Below, piece after piece: positions 36,778 to 46,432 of a DNA stretch of 64,000 nt. The position numbers were made by a program, and so were the translations under genes. Numbering within the stretch: the first letter of the stretch is position 1; each line of letters opens with the position of its first letter. The notes beneath the pieces are model-generated. The model ran no database searches. It worked only from the letters and a program-made list of their open reading frames with translations, and was not told the DNA's origin. Origin of the DNA: a virus; the IMG/VR virus record IMGVR_UViG_3300046812_000287, positions 7,870 through 71,869 of that record; one strand, 5' to 3'.

Positions 36778-36980
36778 GTCTGCGTCTCTTCCTTCGGCTG
36801 CTTCACCTCGTAGACTGTGGTGGAGGCCGCGAAGCTGGCGTGGAACGTCTTGGTCGCGCCGATGCGGCCGATGGTCAGCTGCACGAGCGGCGCGGCCGGC
36901 ACCGACAGGCCTGTGGGCGAGCGGCGAGCGGGCGCGGTGTTCGGCGTCTGGAACGGTCGGAAGGTGGTCTCTAGCGTCAT
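36774..36980 (-). CDS. Small tail protein
   Basis: ATGA-coupled ORF; LE..FRPFQ motif. Confidence 0.55.
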   Translation of the reverse strand: MTLETTFRPFQTPNTAPARRSPTGLSVPAAPLVQLTIGRIGATKTFHASFAASTTVYEVKQPKEETQT

Positions 36981-39568
36981 GGCGAAGACGGCGCCTCGGT
37001 GTTCACCTGCTGCGGTATTTCTAACTGGGTCGTCAGTATCTGGTACTCAGCCTGGAACGGACCATTGACCACCGGCTTCAGCTGGAGGTCCTTCCACAGC
37101 GCGTTCCCGGCTAGCGCGGTCTCGACCGTGAAGCGAGAAAGGGACGCGACGGCCTCCTGCTGGATCAACGACGGCCCTCCTGGCGTGGCTCCGAGGCGCG
37201 CGGCGGTGACGATGATCGGCAGCACGTTGTTGATAGCCGCTAGCTGGTCGGCCGTCGACCCCTGGGACCGGTTGACGACAGCCACCTGAGCCTTGGTCAG
37301 CGGGAATATCAGCCCGTCGTCGTCCGCCCCGTCCCCGGGGATGGTGTAGCCTACGTCCGACGAGGGCAGCGGGACGATGGTGCCGGCGAAGTAGCGATAG
37401 CCCTCGCAGTAGCCCTCGCAGTAGGTCTGCTGGCCCGGTGACGCCGTGACCGCGCCGCCGAAGCCGATGGCGCAGGCCATCTTCACGTGGCCGATCAGCA
37501 GCCCGGTGGTGACGTTGGCCTCGAACTTGTACTCAGTGATCTTCCCCAGGGCCTGCCCGCCGGGGAACCGAGGGTCATAGACCAGCGCGTTCATCCGGCA
37601 CGACAGCGCGACGGCCCGCTCGAACGTACAGTCGAACTCCACCTGGACGACGCGGCAACCCTTGATCAGCCGGGCGCGAGCGCGACTTATCAAGTGCTCC
37701 AGGCTCCACAGCCCTCGGTCCGTCGGAAAGTAGGAACGCCGCGCCAAGTCTACGATAGGAAGCGTCAGGAAGTTTCCAGCCAGCGCGACGCCGATCCACA
37801 CGGCTCCGCCGTCGCTCAGCGAGCTGTCACCGCCGCCGAACGGCGGCTCGAACAGTCCGGTCTCTCCCGCCTGGACGCACATGAAGTACTGCGACCCGGT
37901 CGGCACTCGGGTGCCGATGCAGACCCACACGACCTCGTTGTCGGTCGTCTCCGCGCCCCAGGTCGAGCTGAAGCCCGGCTCAGAGAGGCCTGACAGCCCA
38001 CCGAGGTAGCACACCTGGTAGGAACCGTTTGAGCCCCGGCATATCTGGCCCTCACCGATGGAGGAACCGAACAGCCGGGGAGGCGGCACCAGCGCCGTCC
38101 AGGGAGCCCAGGTGAACGGGATGGGGCGGATCAGGTCACCAATTTGAACGGCAATTGAGGCTTCCCAGTTGTTCGCGGAAGTCGGCAGCGAGGTCCCCAG
38201 CGACACCCACGTCACGGCCCCGTCGATTGTCTGCCCGCCTATGACGGATGAGAACGTAGGCTCGGCCGTACCCGCGACCGAGCCGTTGGGGGAGATAGAA
38301 AGCTGGTAGCTGCTACCGCCCGCAACCGTTGGTTGGTTAGGGTACATCACCGTGTACTTGTCCACCGGCTTGCCCTTGAGGGAAAGCCAGTCGAGAACCA
38401 GCTGCAGCGGCTCCCCGACGTCGGAGCCGGACAGCGTGATCGTCTCCTGGACCGGCAGCGGCGGAGACTGGGCCGGGGTCAGCACCTGCTGGACGTTAGC
38501 CTGGAGCGTGAAGCGAACGCGCTCGACCCTCGGGCGCGAGGCGTCGTAGCGCAGCGCCAGGGCCGTGTCGACACGCCACTGCGGTATCCATAGCTCAGTG
38601 GAGTTATTGGTCGCCGTGGGGATGGAGACCGAGTCAGGGTCTTCCGGGTCGATGAAGCCAGACTGGGAGAAGTAAGTGATCACCTGCTTGATGTACGGCG
38701 CTCCGCTAATCGGAATATCTTGCGACTCACTCTGCGACATGGTGTCGCCGTCGTTGTGCTTCTTCTCGTGGTTCTCGAAGTGGAACTCCGAGTGGTACAT
38801 GATGGCTGAGTTTAGGCCGTAGGTGTCGAAGGCCGAGCCTGCCTGGCACGACCACCCGCCGCCGAGCGACTGCAGCGGCTTAGGCCAGTCACTTATAAGC
38901 GACGCTCCGGTGTAGGTGAACCATGTCTCCGGCCCGAAGTCGATGTTGCCCACCGCCGTCTGCGTCCAATGAACGTCCGCGTCGACGTTGATAGCCGTTA
39001 CCGGCGCCTGGCCTATCGTGTAGTCGACGCTGTCGCGCGGCACGTCGCTCGGCAGGAACGTCTGCAGCCCGTCCTCCCCGACCAGGTAGTCGGAAAAGTT
39101 CACGGCGTGCGTTACCTTGTCGACGTGGTACAGGCCCGAGTATCCCTCCAGGATGGCGTAGGGATCGTCGCGATGCGCCGGGTCGTAGAACACCGGATCG
39201 TAGCCCGGGCGCACCTTCAACGTCTCGGCCACAGCCTGGACCAGCGCGAGGTAATCAATCGACTGCGCTATGAATATGACGGTCACCGTCTCAGCGAACA
39301 TGTTGGTAGGGATGCCGACGAGCCGCCCGAAGAAGAACGGCACGACGGTGTCGGTTCGAGGGTTGAGCCACGACAGCCATAGCCATATCTGCCGACCGTG
39401 AGCCAGCAGCCCCTCGCGCGGGTTGCGAATGACCGCCGTGACGGTGCACGACTGGCCCTCTGCGTGAACTCCGCTGAGGGAGATGATCTGAAGGTCCTTG
39501 CGGAAGTATGAAGGGTCCCATGTCGTCTGGTCCTGGTCTACCCAGGCCGCGCCGAACGAGTTGCTCAC
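36977..39568 (-). CDS. Baseplate hub / central tail protein
   Basis: 863 aa following the Dit-like gene; PFFFGRLVGIP, GKITEY; three internal EPxF..G.T.D..V.W repeats. Confidence 0.65.
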   Translation of the reverse strand: MSNSFGAAWVDQDQTTWDPSYFRKDLQIISLSGVHAEGQSCTVTAVIRNPREGLLAHGRQIWLWLSWLNPRTDTVVPFFFGRLVGIPTNMFAETVTVIFIAQSIDYLALVQAVAETLKVRPGYDPVFYDPAHRDDPYAILEGYSGLYHVDKVTHAVNFSDYLVGEDGLQTFLPSDVPRDSVDYTIGQAPVTAINVDADVHWTQTAVGNIDFGPETWFTYTGASLISDWPKPLQSLGGGWSCQAGSAFDTYGLNSAIMYHSEFHFENHEKKHNDGDTMSQSESQDIPISGAPYIKQVITYFSQSGFIDPEDPDSVSIPTATNNSTELWIPQWRVDTALALRYDASRPRVERVRFTLQANVQQVLTPAQSPPLPVQETITLSGSDVGEPLQLVLDWLSLKGKPVDKYTVMYPNQPTVAGGSSYQLSISPNGSVAGTAEPTFSSVIGGQTIDGAVTWVSLGTSLPTSANNWEASIAVQIGDLIRPIPFTWAPWTALVPPPRLFGSSIGEGQICRGSNGSYQVCYLGGLSGLSEPGFSSTWGAETTDNEVVWVCIGTRVPTGSQYFMCVQAGETGLFEPPFGGGDSSLSDGGAVWIGVALAGNFLTLPIVDLARRSYFPTDRGLWSLEHLISRARARLIKGCRVVQVEFDCTFERAVALSCRMNALVYDPRFPGGQALGKITEYKFEANVTTGLLIGHVKMACAIGFGGAVTASPGQQTYCEGYCEGYRYFAGTIVPLPSSDVGYTIPGDGADDDGLIFPLTKAQVAVVNRSQGSTADQLAAINNVLPIIVTAARLGATPGGPSLIQQEAVASLSRFTVETALAGNALWKDLQLKPVVNGPFQAEYQILTTQLEIPQQVNTEAPSSP

Positions 39569-40053
39569 GGCACCCTGACCTCGCGCAGCGACAGCCGCCA
39601 GTTGTACTCGGTCAACCGCTCCTTGTTGCCGGACGAGAAGCCGGTGATCATCATCTCCAGCTGCGGCCTGTAGTAGGTGTAGCTTCCCTCCACGCGGACG
39701 GAGCCGGAGACCTCCATGCGCACCTGGGAGCCAACGCCTGTCAGGAACCGCAGCTCATGAATGCACTCGACAAGACACACCGTACCGAGCCACGCGTCGC
39801 CGTCCATCGACGGAGCGTCCTGCTCAGTGCAGGTGATGACCGACTGGAACTTGCGGAACTGCGGCGAGGTGAGGTCCATCAGCTCGCCGTCGATGTCCTC
39901 CCTTATCCATGACCCCATGGCGTCACCTCCGCCACCCGTGCTGGTAATGAAGTCCAGCGTCTGGGTCACGTCGCGCGAGGAGAACGGCGGCAGCGTGGGA
40001 GCGTGCCGGCCAGAGAGTGGCGTCAGGACCAGGAGGGAGAACGGCGTCGTCAT
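39565..40053 (-). CDS. Distal tail protein-like
   Basis: Directly after the tape measure gene; REDIDGELMDL...WRLSLREV. Confidence 0.6.
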   Translation of the reverse strand: MTTPFSLLVLTPLSGRHAPTLPPFSSRDVTQTLDFITSTGGGGDAMGSWIREDIDGELMDLTSPQFRKFQSVITCTEQDAPSMDGDAWLGTVCLVECIHELRFLTGVGSQVRMEVSGSVRVEGSYTYYRPQLEMMITGFSSGNKERLTEYNWRLSLREVRVP

Positions 40054-42878
40054 CGGCTATAGTGACTCGGCTTGGGGCCCAGGTTGGCGATCTGGTCCAT
40101 GGTGGAGCGCGCCTGCATCTGGCTTACGGCGTCGGGCGTCCCGAACAGCGTCCCGACGTGCTGGCCATTGAAGTGAATCGGAACCGGGTGGAGACCCGCT
40201 CCCGGGGAGGCCATCACCGGACCGCCCTCGGCGAAGTGGGGAAGGTCGAGCGCCACCAGCGGCGTGCTTAGCCCGTCGACGAGGCCACCAAGCGAGAACT
40301 TCGGCAGCTGCATGTTATTGACGGCGTGCATGAACGGCAGGCCGTAGTGCTGGACCGCCGCCGTCTTATGGAAGAACTCACCGGCCGACGCCATGACGTG
40401 GACACCGTCGCTGGTGCCGGTCCCCACGCCGTGTATCTCGCCGCCGCCCGCGCGCTGCTGCACGTCACTGTCGACGCTGTCTTTCGGGACGGGGACCTTG
40501 TCTAGGTTGTCAGCCGCCTTCTCGCCGGAAGTCGCCAGCTTGTCGAACACTGACCCTACCTTGTCAGCGTTGGTAGTGAAGTCATTCTCAGGATTGACGG
40601 GTTGGCGTCCAGTGAAGTCATTCTCAGGCTTGACGGGTTGCGAGAACGTGAAGTCATTCTCAGGCTTAACGCCGCCCGGAGCGGCTGCGCTTGGAGCGGC
40701 TGCGCTTGGAGCGGCTGCGCTTGGAGCGGCTGCGCTTGGAGCGGCTGCGCTTGGAGCGGCTGCGCTTGGAGCGGTAGAGGACTTCTGACCGGACAAGGAG
40801 CCCTGCCTGAGGATAGCCTCCAGGTCTTGCTCGATCTGGGAGAGCGTCTTGTTTGATGTTTCATGAGACTTGAGAATTTCAGCGTCCAGGTCAACCTGTG
40901 CCTGGGCGTACTTCAGCATCGAGTAGTCGTGCGAGAGCGGGGCGCCCTGCTCGTCCTTCGCCAGCTTGAGTGAGGTATCCTCCTTCTCCAGCTTGGCCGA
41001 CTTAATCTCTGCCTGGGTCTTCTCAACATCAACCTGAGCTTTCTGTGGCTCCAGGTATGAGTACTTCGCCTCGATGCCCGCGCGCCTGGCGTCGTTCTCA
41101 GCCTTCTCCGGCTGGAGGTAGGCATACTGCTCCTCGATCTTCGCCTTGCGCGCGGCGACCTCCGCAGCGTCTAATGCGGCCAGGCGCTTCTGCTGGTTGA
41201 TGGCGGTCTGCTCTGCCTTGTCGTCGGCGTCTGGCTTCCCGCCGCCGATGCGTAAATTAAGTTGAGCCTGACGAAGGTTCAGGCCCGCGTCCTCTGACTT
41301 CGCGTGCGCGTCACCGACCGCGAACTGCGCCAGCTGCACGCCCTTCTCCGCCTCGACCTTATTCAGCTGAGCTGTCTTAACAGCTGTCTGTGACTCCTCC
41401 AGGCGCTTCTTCGACTCCTCGGCGTTTATCTCGGCCGACTTGATGGCGAGGCCTGCCGACTTGTCTGCGGCCTCGTCCTTTTTGAGCTTTATCTCCGTTT
41501 CCTTAGGCTCGAACTCCGCGTCCAGCTTCGCCTTAGCCAGGCCCAATGACTTACCTATCGAAGAAAGCTGGTTAGCGTTATTGATGAACTCCTTGTTGGC
41601 CTTGTCTACGCTGCCGCCTACCTCATTGAAGCCGTTCCTTACCTCCTCCAAGTCGCTGGTGAACCGCTTGGCGTCGAACGCTCCGAACGTCTCCTTGAGG
41701 GCATCTAGGGACTGCTGGCCAGTGCGCGGCGGCGCGGCGGCAGTTTCGTCTAGACCTACGAATGACTTCCTGACGTTCTCCTTGGCGGCGCTGACCCTGT
41801 CTAGGCGGTCCGCTCTGTTCTTAATGATCGAGCTTCTTACTTCCTCGACGCCCTTGGAGGCGGCGTCGAAGAAAGAGGCCAACTTATTTAGTGTACCGGC
41901 GATGATGCTTATGTCGCCTAGCGCGTGCTCCAGCCGACCGCTGGACGCTGAGACGTGCTCCCAGGCGTCACTAATGCTCTCCGGGAACGCCTCCTTGGTC
42001 GCCGCCGCTCTCTTTGAGACTTCAGGGCCTGCGTTAGTCGCCGCCTGAAGGAACTGACCCGCCGTCGTCAGCGGCTGTCCGGCTGGTTTTATCTTGCTCA
42101 GCTCGTCCGCGATGGACTTCATGAGCTGAGGCATCGTCTTAGCGGCGGAGTCGAAGGCCTCCTTCGTCAGCTGGCCGCTCTCGCGCACGGAGGTCAGCAG
42201 CTCCGTGACGCTGGAGACCTGCTTGCTCGGCTCCAGCCTGTCGGCCTGAGCGCCCTTGATCAGGGTCGACAGGACGGAGACGAGCCTGTCGTCCTGAAGC
42301 TGGCTGGACTGAGGCTGCTGCTGGTTTATCCTTCCTAGCTCGCCGAAAGGTCCGGCCAGCTTCTCATTGGAAGTGCCGAGCGCCTGGGCTGGCTCTTCCA
42401 GGCTCTTAAGCTGCTGCTTGCCCCTCTCCGGCGAGCCCGCGAAGACGCCTAGCTTGTTGGCCGCGTCATTCGCGGCGTCGCCTGACTTCTCCAGGGCCGT
42501 TATCAACAGGCCGCTGATGGCCGTGGCGAGGACGACGATGCCACTGCGCGCGGCGAACATCAGTCCAGACAGCGCCCCCATCTCGATGCCCGCCTCATGC
42601 AGGGCCGGGTGCAGCGAGTGAATGGACTTACGGAAAATCTCTATGGCGCTGATGTCCTCGCCGAAGCTTTCCTTTTCCTTCGGAGCAACGTGAGGGGCAG
42701 CGGGCTTTGGAGCGGCAGGCGTAGGTATCGCCTGCCCGCCAGGACCGACGCCGCCCTGGCCGTAAAGCTTCTTGCTGAGGTCCTGGCCGGCGTTGCCGAT
42801 GGCCTCAAGCTTCTTGATGACGTCGTCCGCTCCCTCAAGGGAGATGTGCTGGACTATGTCGCTGCTGTCGTCAGCCAT
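40050..42878 (-). CDS. Tape measure protein
   Basis: 942 aa, Ala/Lys/Glu-rich helical; C-terminal AGGGEI.G.GTGTSD.V..MASAGEF and FAEGG motifs. Confidence 0.9.
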   Translation of the reverse strand: MADDSSDIVQHISLEGADDVIKKLEAIGNAGQDLSKKLYGQGGVGPGGQAIPTPAAPKPAAPHVAPKEKESFGEDISAIEIFRKSIHSLHPALHEAGIEMGALSGLMFAARSGIVVLATAISGLLITALEKSGDAANDAANKLGVFAGSPERGKQQLKSLEEPAQALGTSNEKLAGPFGELGRINQQQPQSSQLQDDRLVSVLSTLIKGAQADRLEPSKQVSSVTELLTSVRESGQLTKEAFDSAAKTMPQLMKSIADELSKIKPAGQPLTTAGQFLQAATNAGPEVSKRAAATKEAFPESISDAWEHVSASSGRLEHALGDISIIAGTLNKLASFFDAASKGVEEVRSSIIKNRADRLDRVSAAKENVRKSFVGLDETAAAPPRTGQQSLDALKETFGAFDAKRFTSDLEEVRNGFNEVGGSVDKANKEFINNANQLSSIGKSLGLAKAKLDAEFEPKETEIKLKKDEAADKSAGLAIKSAEINAEESKKRLEESQTAVKTAQLNKVEAEKGVQLAQFAVGDAHAKSEDAGLNLRQAQLNLRIGGGKPDADDKAEQTAINQQKRLAALDAAEVAARKAKIEEQYAYLQPEKAENDARRAGIEAKYSYLEPQKAQVDVEKTQAEIKSAKLEKEDTSLKLAKDEQGAPLSHDYSMLKYAQAQVDLDAEILKSHETSNKTLSQIEQDLEAILRQGSLSGQKSSTAPSAAAPSAAAPSAAAPSAAAPSAAAPSAAAPGGVKPENDFTFSQPVKPENDFTGRQPVNPENDFTTNADKVGSVFDKLATSGEKAADNLDKVPVPKDSVDSDVQQRAGGGEIHGVGTGTSDGVHVMASAGEFFHKTAAVQHYGLPFMHAVNNMQLPKFSLGGLVDGLSTPLVALDLPHFAEGGPVMASPGAGLHPVPIHFNGQHVGTLFGTPDAVSQMQARSTMDQIANLGPKPSHYSR
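40678..40774 (-). repeat. Perfect 15-bp tandem repeat (GGAGCGGCTGCGCTT x6.5) encoding (APSAA)n in TMP
   Basis: Directly visible; adjacent 39-bp-period repeat at 40577-40669 encodes three VxPENDFT units. Confidence 0.95.
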
Positions 42879-43441
42879 TATTTCTTGAACCTCGCGAGGT
42901 AGTACGCGCGCAGCTTGCGCGCCACGTCCTGGGCTATCTCGATCAGGTGGAACTTCTTAGGGATGGTCACGGACTCCTTGCCGAAGTACCTCATCGGCCT
43001 CTTGTCGCCGTCGGCCGCGGCCGCCTTGGAGCCGAGCAGCTCCAGGCCGTCCGACTTGCGCGTGACGTGGAACAGGCCGCCAGGGTAATCGCGGGCAAAC
43101 ACGCCCTTGGCGTCCGTGTCGCTCAGCGGTATCCACAGCATCGGCTTTCCTGCTATGGTCGCACCGAACTGGAACACGCGCCAGTACGGTACGTCCTCGT
43201 GGGCGTTGATACGGATGCTGCCGCCGCCCTCGCTGACGTCGACGTGGAAGCCATCCAGCCAGCGCGACCCAAAGTTGCCGGCTTGGGTGATGTCGGAGCG
43301 ACCCCTTATCTCCAGGTCGTAGGCCGCGTCCTGGGCCGCGCCGCGCGCCGCCGCGCGCACGCGCGCTCCCTCCCTAGCTACGGAGCGCGCGAACATCGGG
43401 CCGACGCGGTCGCCATCGAAGTAGACGCGGAGAGCGGTCAA
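42878..43441 (-). CDS. HK97 gp10/DUF6441-like tail completion protein
   Basis: AGNFGSRW...VFQFGATI..KPMLWIPL...VTIPKKF. Confidence 0.6.
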   Translation of the reverse strand: MTALRVYFDGDRVGPMFARSVAREGARVRAAARGAAQDAAYDLEIRGRSDITQAGNFGSRWLDGFHVDVSEGGGSIRINAHEDVPYWRVFQFGATIAGKPMLWIPLSDTDAKGVFARDYPGGLFHVTRKSDGLELLGSKAAAADGDKRPMRYFGKESVTIPKKFHLIEIAQDVARKLRAYYLARFKK

Positions 43442-43665
43442 AATTCGCGCTCCATGTCGTCCATCTGCTTCTTGATCAGCTTCCCGTCTCCGCAGTTGGC
43501 AACCGCCGCGTAGTAGAGTTCCTCATAGAGCCGGCGCTTGCGGCGCTTGTCAGCCAGAAACAAGTAAGCCGCCATCATCCTCGGCGTCATGTCCCAGACG
43601 CTTGGGTTGGTGGCGGCTCCGAGGGCTTCTGCGGCTTCTGCGATCTCGTAAAGGATGCCTTTCCA
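43438..43665 (-). CDS. Tail assembly chaperone, -1 frameshift extension (gpT-like)
   Basis: -1 frame after TGGAAAG reads GILYEIAEAAEALGAATNPSVWDMTPRMMAAY...EREF; WxMTP is typical of gpT. Confidence 0.6.
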   Translation of the reverse strand, partial: WKGILYEIAEAAEALGAATNPSVWDMTPRMMAAYLFLADKRRKRRLYEELYYAAVANCGDGKLIKKQMDDMEREF

Positions 43666-44075
43666 GCTACGTCGTCGACGGTCCCTCCCATCATTGATGA
43701 TAATAGTCGGACGAAAGGGCCGAGGCCCTGCTTGAAGGTCAACCCCCTCGTCTTCTCCAGTATCTCTATCTGGACCTCGATCGAGAGGCGGTCAGCGTCC
43801 CGCTCCGCCTCCCTGTCCGCCTCCTCATCATCGGTGATCCAGCCGAGGGCAGCAGCCACCACCGGCGCGATGGCCGGTGGCGCGAACTTCTTGAGCACCA
43901 CAGTCTTCTCGTCAGACGACACCGTGCTGTCGAACAACTTCTCGAGCGCGGGGAACCTGTTCAACAGGATGCCGATGCGTCCGCCTGAGATGCCGTAGAC
44001 GGGAACCTTCTTGCCATTAATCTCGACTGTCTCACTCTGAGGCAGTACGTCGCGCAGGCCTAGACCTTTAGCCAT
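43587..44075 (-). CDS. Tail assembly chaperone (gpG-like)
   Basis: Follows the tail tube gene; start MAKGLG at 44075 with RBS GAGGGG. Confidence 0.75.
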   Translation of the reverse strand: MAKGLGLRDVLPQSETVEINGKKVPVYGISGGRIGILLNRFPALEKLFDSTVSSDEKTVVLKKFAPPAIAPVVAAALGWITDDEEADREAERDADRLSIEVQIEILEKTRGLTFKQGLGPFVRLLSSMMGGTVDDVAGKASFTRSQKPQKPSEPPPTQASGT

Positions 44076-44107
44076 GGTAAAGTGCCCCTCCCAGGGCTCG
44101 TTTAAAT

Positions 44108-44656
44108 TTACGGCGAAGCGATGTCGGTGTTGGTGAAGATGCCGAACTGGCCGGTGTGCGGGTCCTGAAGGATGTCCGCCTGGAAGTCCAGCAAGCCCCA
44201 CGAGCCCGATCCTGCTGAGATCAGGGAGATGGGCTTGCTAGGGCTGAAGATCACCAGCGGGAACTCCGCAGACCAAATCGGACCGACAACGTTGGTGGCG
44301 GTGAACAAGAACGAGCCCTGGATCAGCGGCGTGGTGAACATGTCGATGGTGTAGGTGCCCGGAGGCGACTCGACTGCGACGCCTAGCGCGGCGAACGCCA
44401 TGTTGCGCGCGGTGAACTCCTCCATCGAGACGGTGAGCGTGGCCGCGAGCTCAGTCACCACGACGAGGTCCTTCTTGCGCACGCCGATGCGCGAGGAGTA
44501 GTGCTCCAGCAGCGTCGGCTTGACCTGGTAGGTCATCTCAGTGACGTTACCGCAGTCGACATAGCTCGTCTCTCCGATCAGCTTGAACTGGCAGAAGCCA
44601 CGACCTACGGAAAGGTTGCCGATGTTCGGGCTTATCTCGTGGGGAGTAATGGGCAT
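44108..44656 (-). CDS. Major tail (tube) protein
   Basis: N.SVGRG...DCGNV...LEHYSSR.GVRKKD...EEFTARN.A.A siphophage tube motif. Confidence 0.85.
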   Translation of the reverse strand: MPITPHEISPNIGNLSVGRGFCQFKLIGETSYVDCGNVTEMTYQVKPTLLEHYSSRIGVRKKDLVVVTELAATLTVSMEEFTARNMAFAALGVAVESPPGTYTIDMFTTPLIQGSFLFTATNVVGPIWSAEFPLVIFSPSKPISLISAGSGSWGLLDFQADILQDPHTGQFGIFTNTDIASP

Positions 44657-44666
44657 TGGTTTCTCC

Positions 44667-45140
44667 TCATGCCTTCGGTGGGAACAGGACGTAGGTGAAG
44701 TCGAACGAGAGCATCATCTGTCCGACCATCGACGAGCCGACCGCCATGTCCGTCTCGCAACCTCGATACTCCATCTGACCCGTCGTGGTCAGGATGCTAG
44801 TTAGAACGTCGTCGTTCAGCACCGCGTTCAGTATCAGGACGCGGTACCGGGAGAGCTCAGGCCCTATCGGGGCCGCCACTCCGCCGAGCGTGGCGTTGGT
44901 CACGTCGTCCCTAGGCAGCAGCGACAGCCACACCTGGACCGACATCTTGAACAACGCCGCGGGCATCTTGACCGTCTTGCGGTTGGCGATCTCAGAGATG
45001 ATCACCTCGCGACCGTCCAGCAGCACGATGGCCGGCAGTGACCCGCGCTCCAGTTCTCCGCGATCGCGGTACACGTTGAGTCCGACGTCGCCTAGTAGCG
45101 CCTCCACCCGCGTCAGTATGTCCTCGCGAGTGTCGCTCAC
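44667..45140 (-). CDS. Tail terminator-like protein
   Basis: REDIL...VYRDR...LPAIVL; position before the tube gene. Confidence 0.65.
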   Translation of the reverse strand: MSDTREDILTRVEALLGDVGLNVYRDRGELERGSLPAIVLLDGREVIISEIANRKTVKMPAALFKMSVQVWLSLLPRDDVTNATLGGVAAPIGPELSRYRVLILNAVLNDDVLTSILTTTGQMEYRGCETDMAVGSSMVGQMMLSFDFTYVLFPPKA

Positions 45141-45367
45141 GCAGGCACGTCCCCGACCGACACTTGGATGGGAGGGTGCTGGCTACCGATCAGGCAGACG
45201 TGAACCGGCGCCCCAGCGTTGATCGCCGCCAGCTCCTTCGGCGTCGGGTGCCAGGCAGACACCATCACCGGGACGTCACCGACCACCTCGTCGCGGATTG
45301 GCAGCCCGAAGTATCCCTGCGACTTTCCTAGCAAGCGAGTGGCTCCTAGGACGCGTCCTATCTGCAT
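45137..45367 (-). CDS. Small conserved phage protein
   Basis: LPIR...SAWHPTPKELAAINAGAPV...HPP. Confidence 0.6.
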   Translation of the reverse strand: MQIGRVLGATRLLGKSQGYFGLPIRDEVVGDVPVMVSAWHPTPKELAAINAGAPVHVCLIGSQHPPIQVSVGDVPA

Positions 45368-45369
45368 GG

Positions 45370-45714
45370 CTACCTCCTAACCGCCAGACGCCAGAACACG
45401 ACGACGTCGGACGTGCCAATCTGTCCAGCCGGCTCTGTCAAGCGGTACTCGACCCCAGCGACGACCAAGCGGTCCGCGTTAGGTCCGTCGAACACCGGAG
45501 GGTCGAGCAGGCTGCCGTCCGGAGCCAGCGCAGAGACAAGATACTTCCGGTCTGTCGGGTTGGTGATTTTACCGAGCCGCTCCATCGGCAGGAACGAAGT
45601 GCTGACTGCGGAGCATGGACGGTCGCCGCTGGCGCGGCGCAGCACGGTGACCAGACCTTTCCCCCACCGCTTGATCATGCGGTCAGCGCGCGCCTGCGAA
45701 CCGAGTAGGTTCAT
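45370..45714 (-). CDS. Head closure/stopper protein
   Basis: ADRMIKRWG..VTVLRR...TDRKYLV...VRR; start at 45714. Confidence 0.65.
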   Translation of the reverse strand: MNLLGSQARADRMIKRWGKGLVTVLRRASGDRPCSAVSTSFLPMERLGKITNPTDRKYLVSALAPDGSLLDPPVFDGPNADRLVVAGVEYRLTEPAGQIGTSDVVVFWRLAVRR

Positions 45715-46073
45715 CAGATCACCATCACAGGAGGAAAGTTCAAGTGCGCCAGCTCCAGGAACCGAGTGCCGTAGGGCGTGGTCGTAAGGTCTGACGAGGT
45801 CGCGGCTTTCGGCAGCTCCGGTACCGCGTAGGTCATGGACATCTCGCCCATCCGCTCGCTGGCCAACAGCTCGCCTTCGCCTGAGTCGCGCCGGCTGATG
45901 GTGACCATGATGTAGTGCGCCGCCAGGTACATCAGCGCCAGGTCCTGGTCTCCCGGCAGCCACGTCGAGTCGACGTTACGCGAGGCCTCCTCCAGCGCGA
46001 AGCCGACCGCCGCGTCCGTCTCGTCGACGAACTCCGGGAATTTCAGCTTCATCGAGACGGTGGTGACGGTCAT
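45714..46073 (-). CDS. Head-tail adaptor (DUF4054-like)
   Basis: FPEF...LAAH...SER.GEMSMTY...TTPYG.RF. Confidence 0.8.
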   Translation of the reverse strand: MTVTTVSMKLKFPEFVDETDAAVGFALEEASRNVDSTWLPGDQDLALMYLAAHYIMVTISRRDSGEGELLASERMGEMSMTYAVPELPKAATSSDLTTTPYGTRFLELAHLNFPPVMVI

Positions 46074-46432
46074 TAGGTAATCTCCGCCTGGGTGATGGTC
46101 ATGACGCCCTGAGCCGAAGTGATAACGCCGCCGGACGGGTCGACGATGGCTGCCTCGTGGTAGTAGTTGTCCAGTAGGTTGACGGTGTCTGCGCCCGCGA
46201 TGCTGATCGTGAAGCTGATCGGCGCCGTGCCAAGGGTAATGCCACCTCCCTCAAGTGACTTCGTGATCACGGTGACCAGTGGGATGGTGACGACCCCGTG
46301 CTCCTGCTCATAAGCCTTCCAGACCACATTGAAGCCAGAGAGTATCTCGTCGTCGGGAGACGGCAGCTCGAAGTCAATCTCGACGCTGTTGCCGGCCGGG
46401 ATGGAGAAGTTCTGGATCAGCGGTAGGGCCAC
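46073..46432 (-). CDS. BppU-like small virion protein
   Basis: NFSI.AG...ADT..L...YYHEA...G.MTI beta-sandwich pattern. Confidence 0.5.
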   Translation of the reverse strand: MALPLIQNFSIPAGNSVEIDFELPSPDDEILSGFNVVWKAYEQEHGVVTIPLVTVITKSLEGGGITLGTAPISFTISIAGADTVNLLDNYYHEAAIVDPSGGVITSAQGVMTITQAEIT

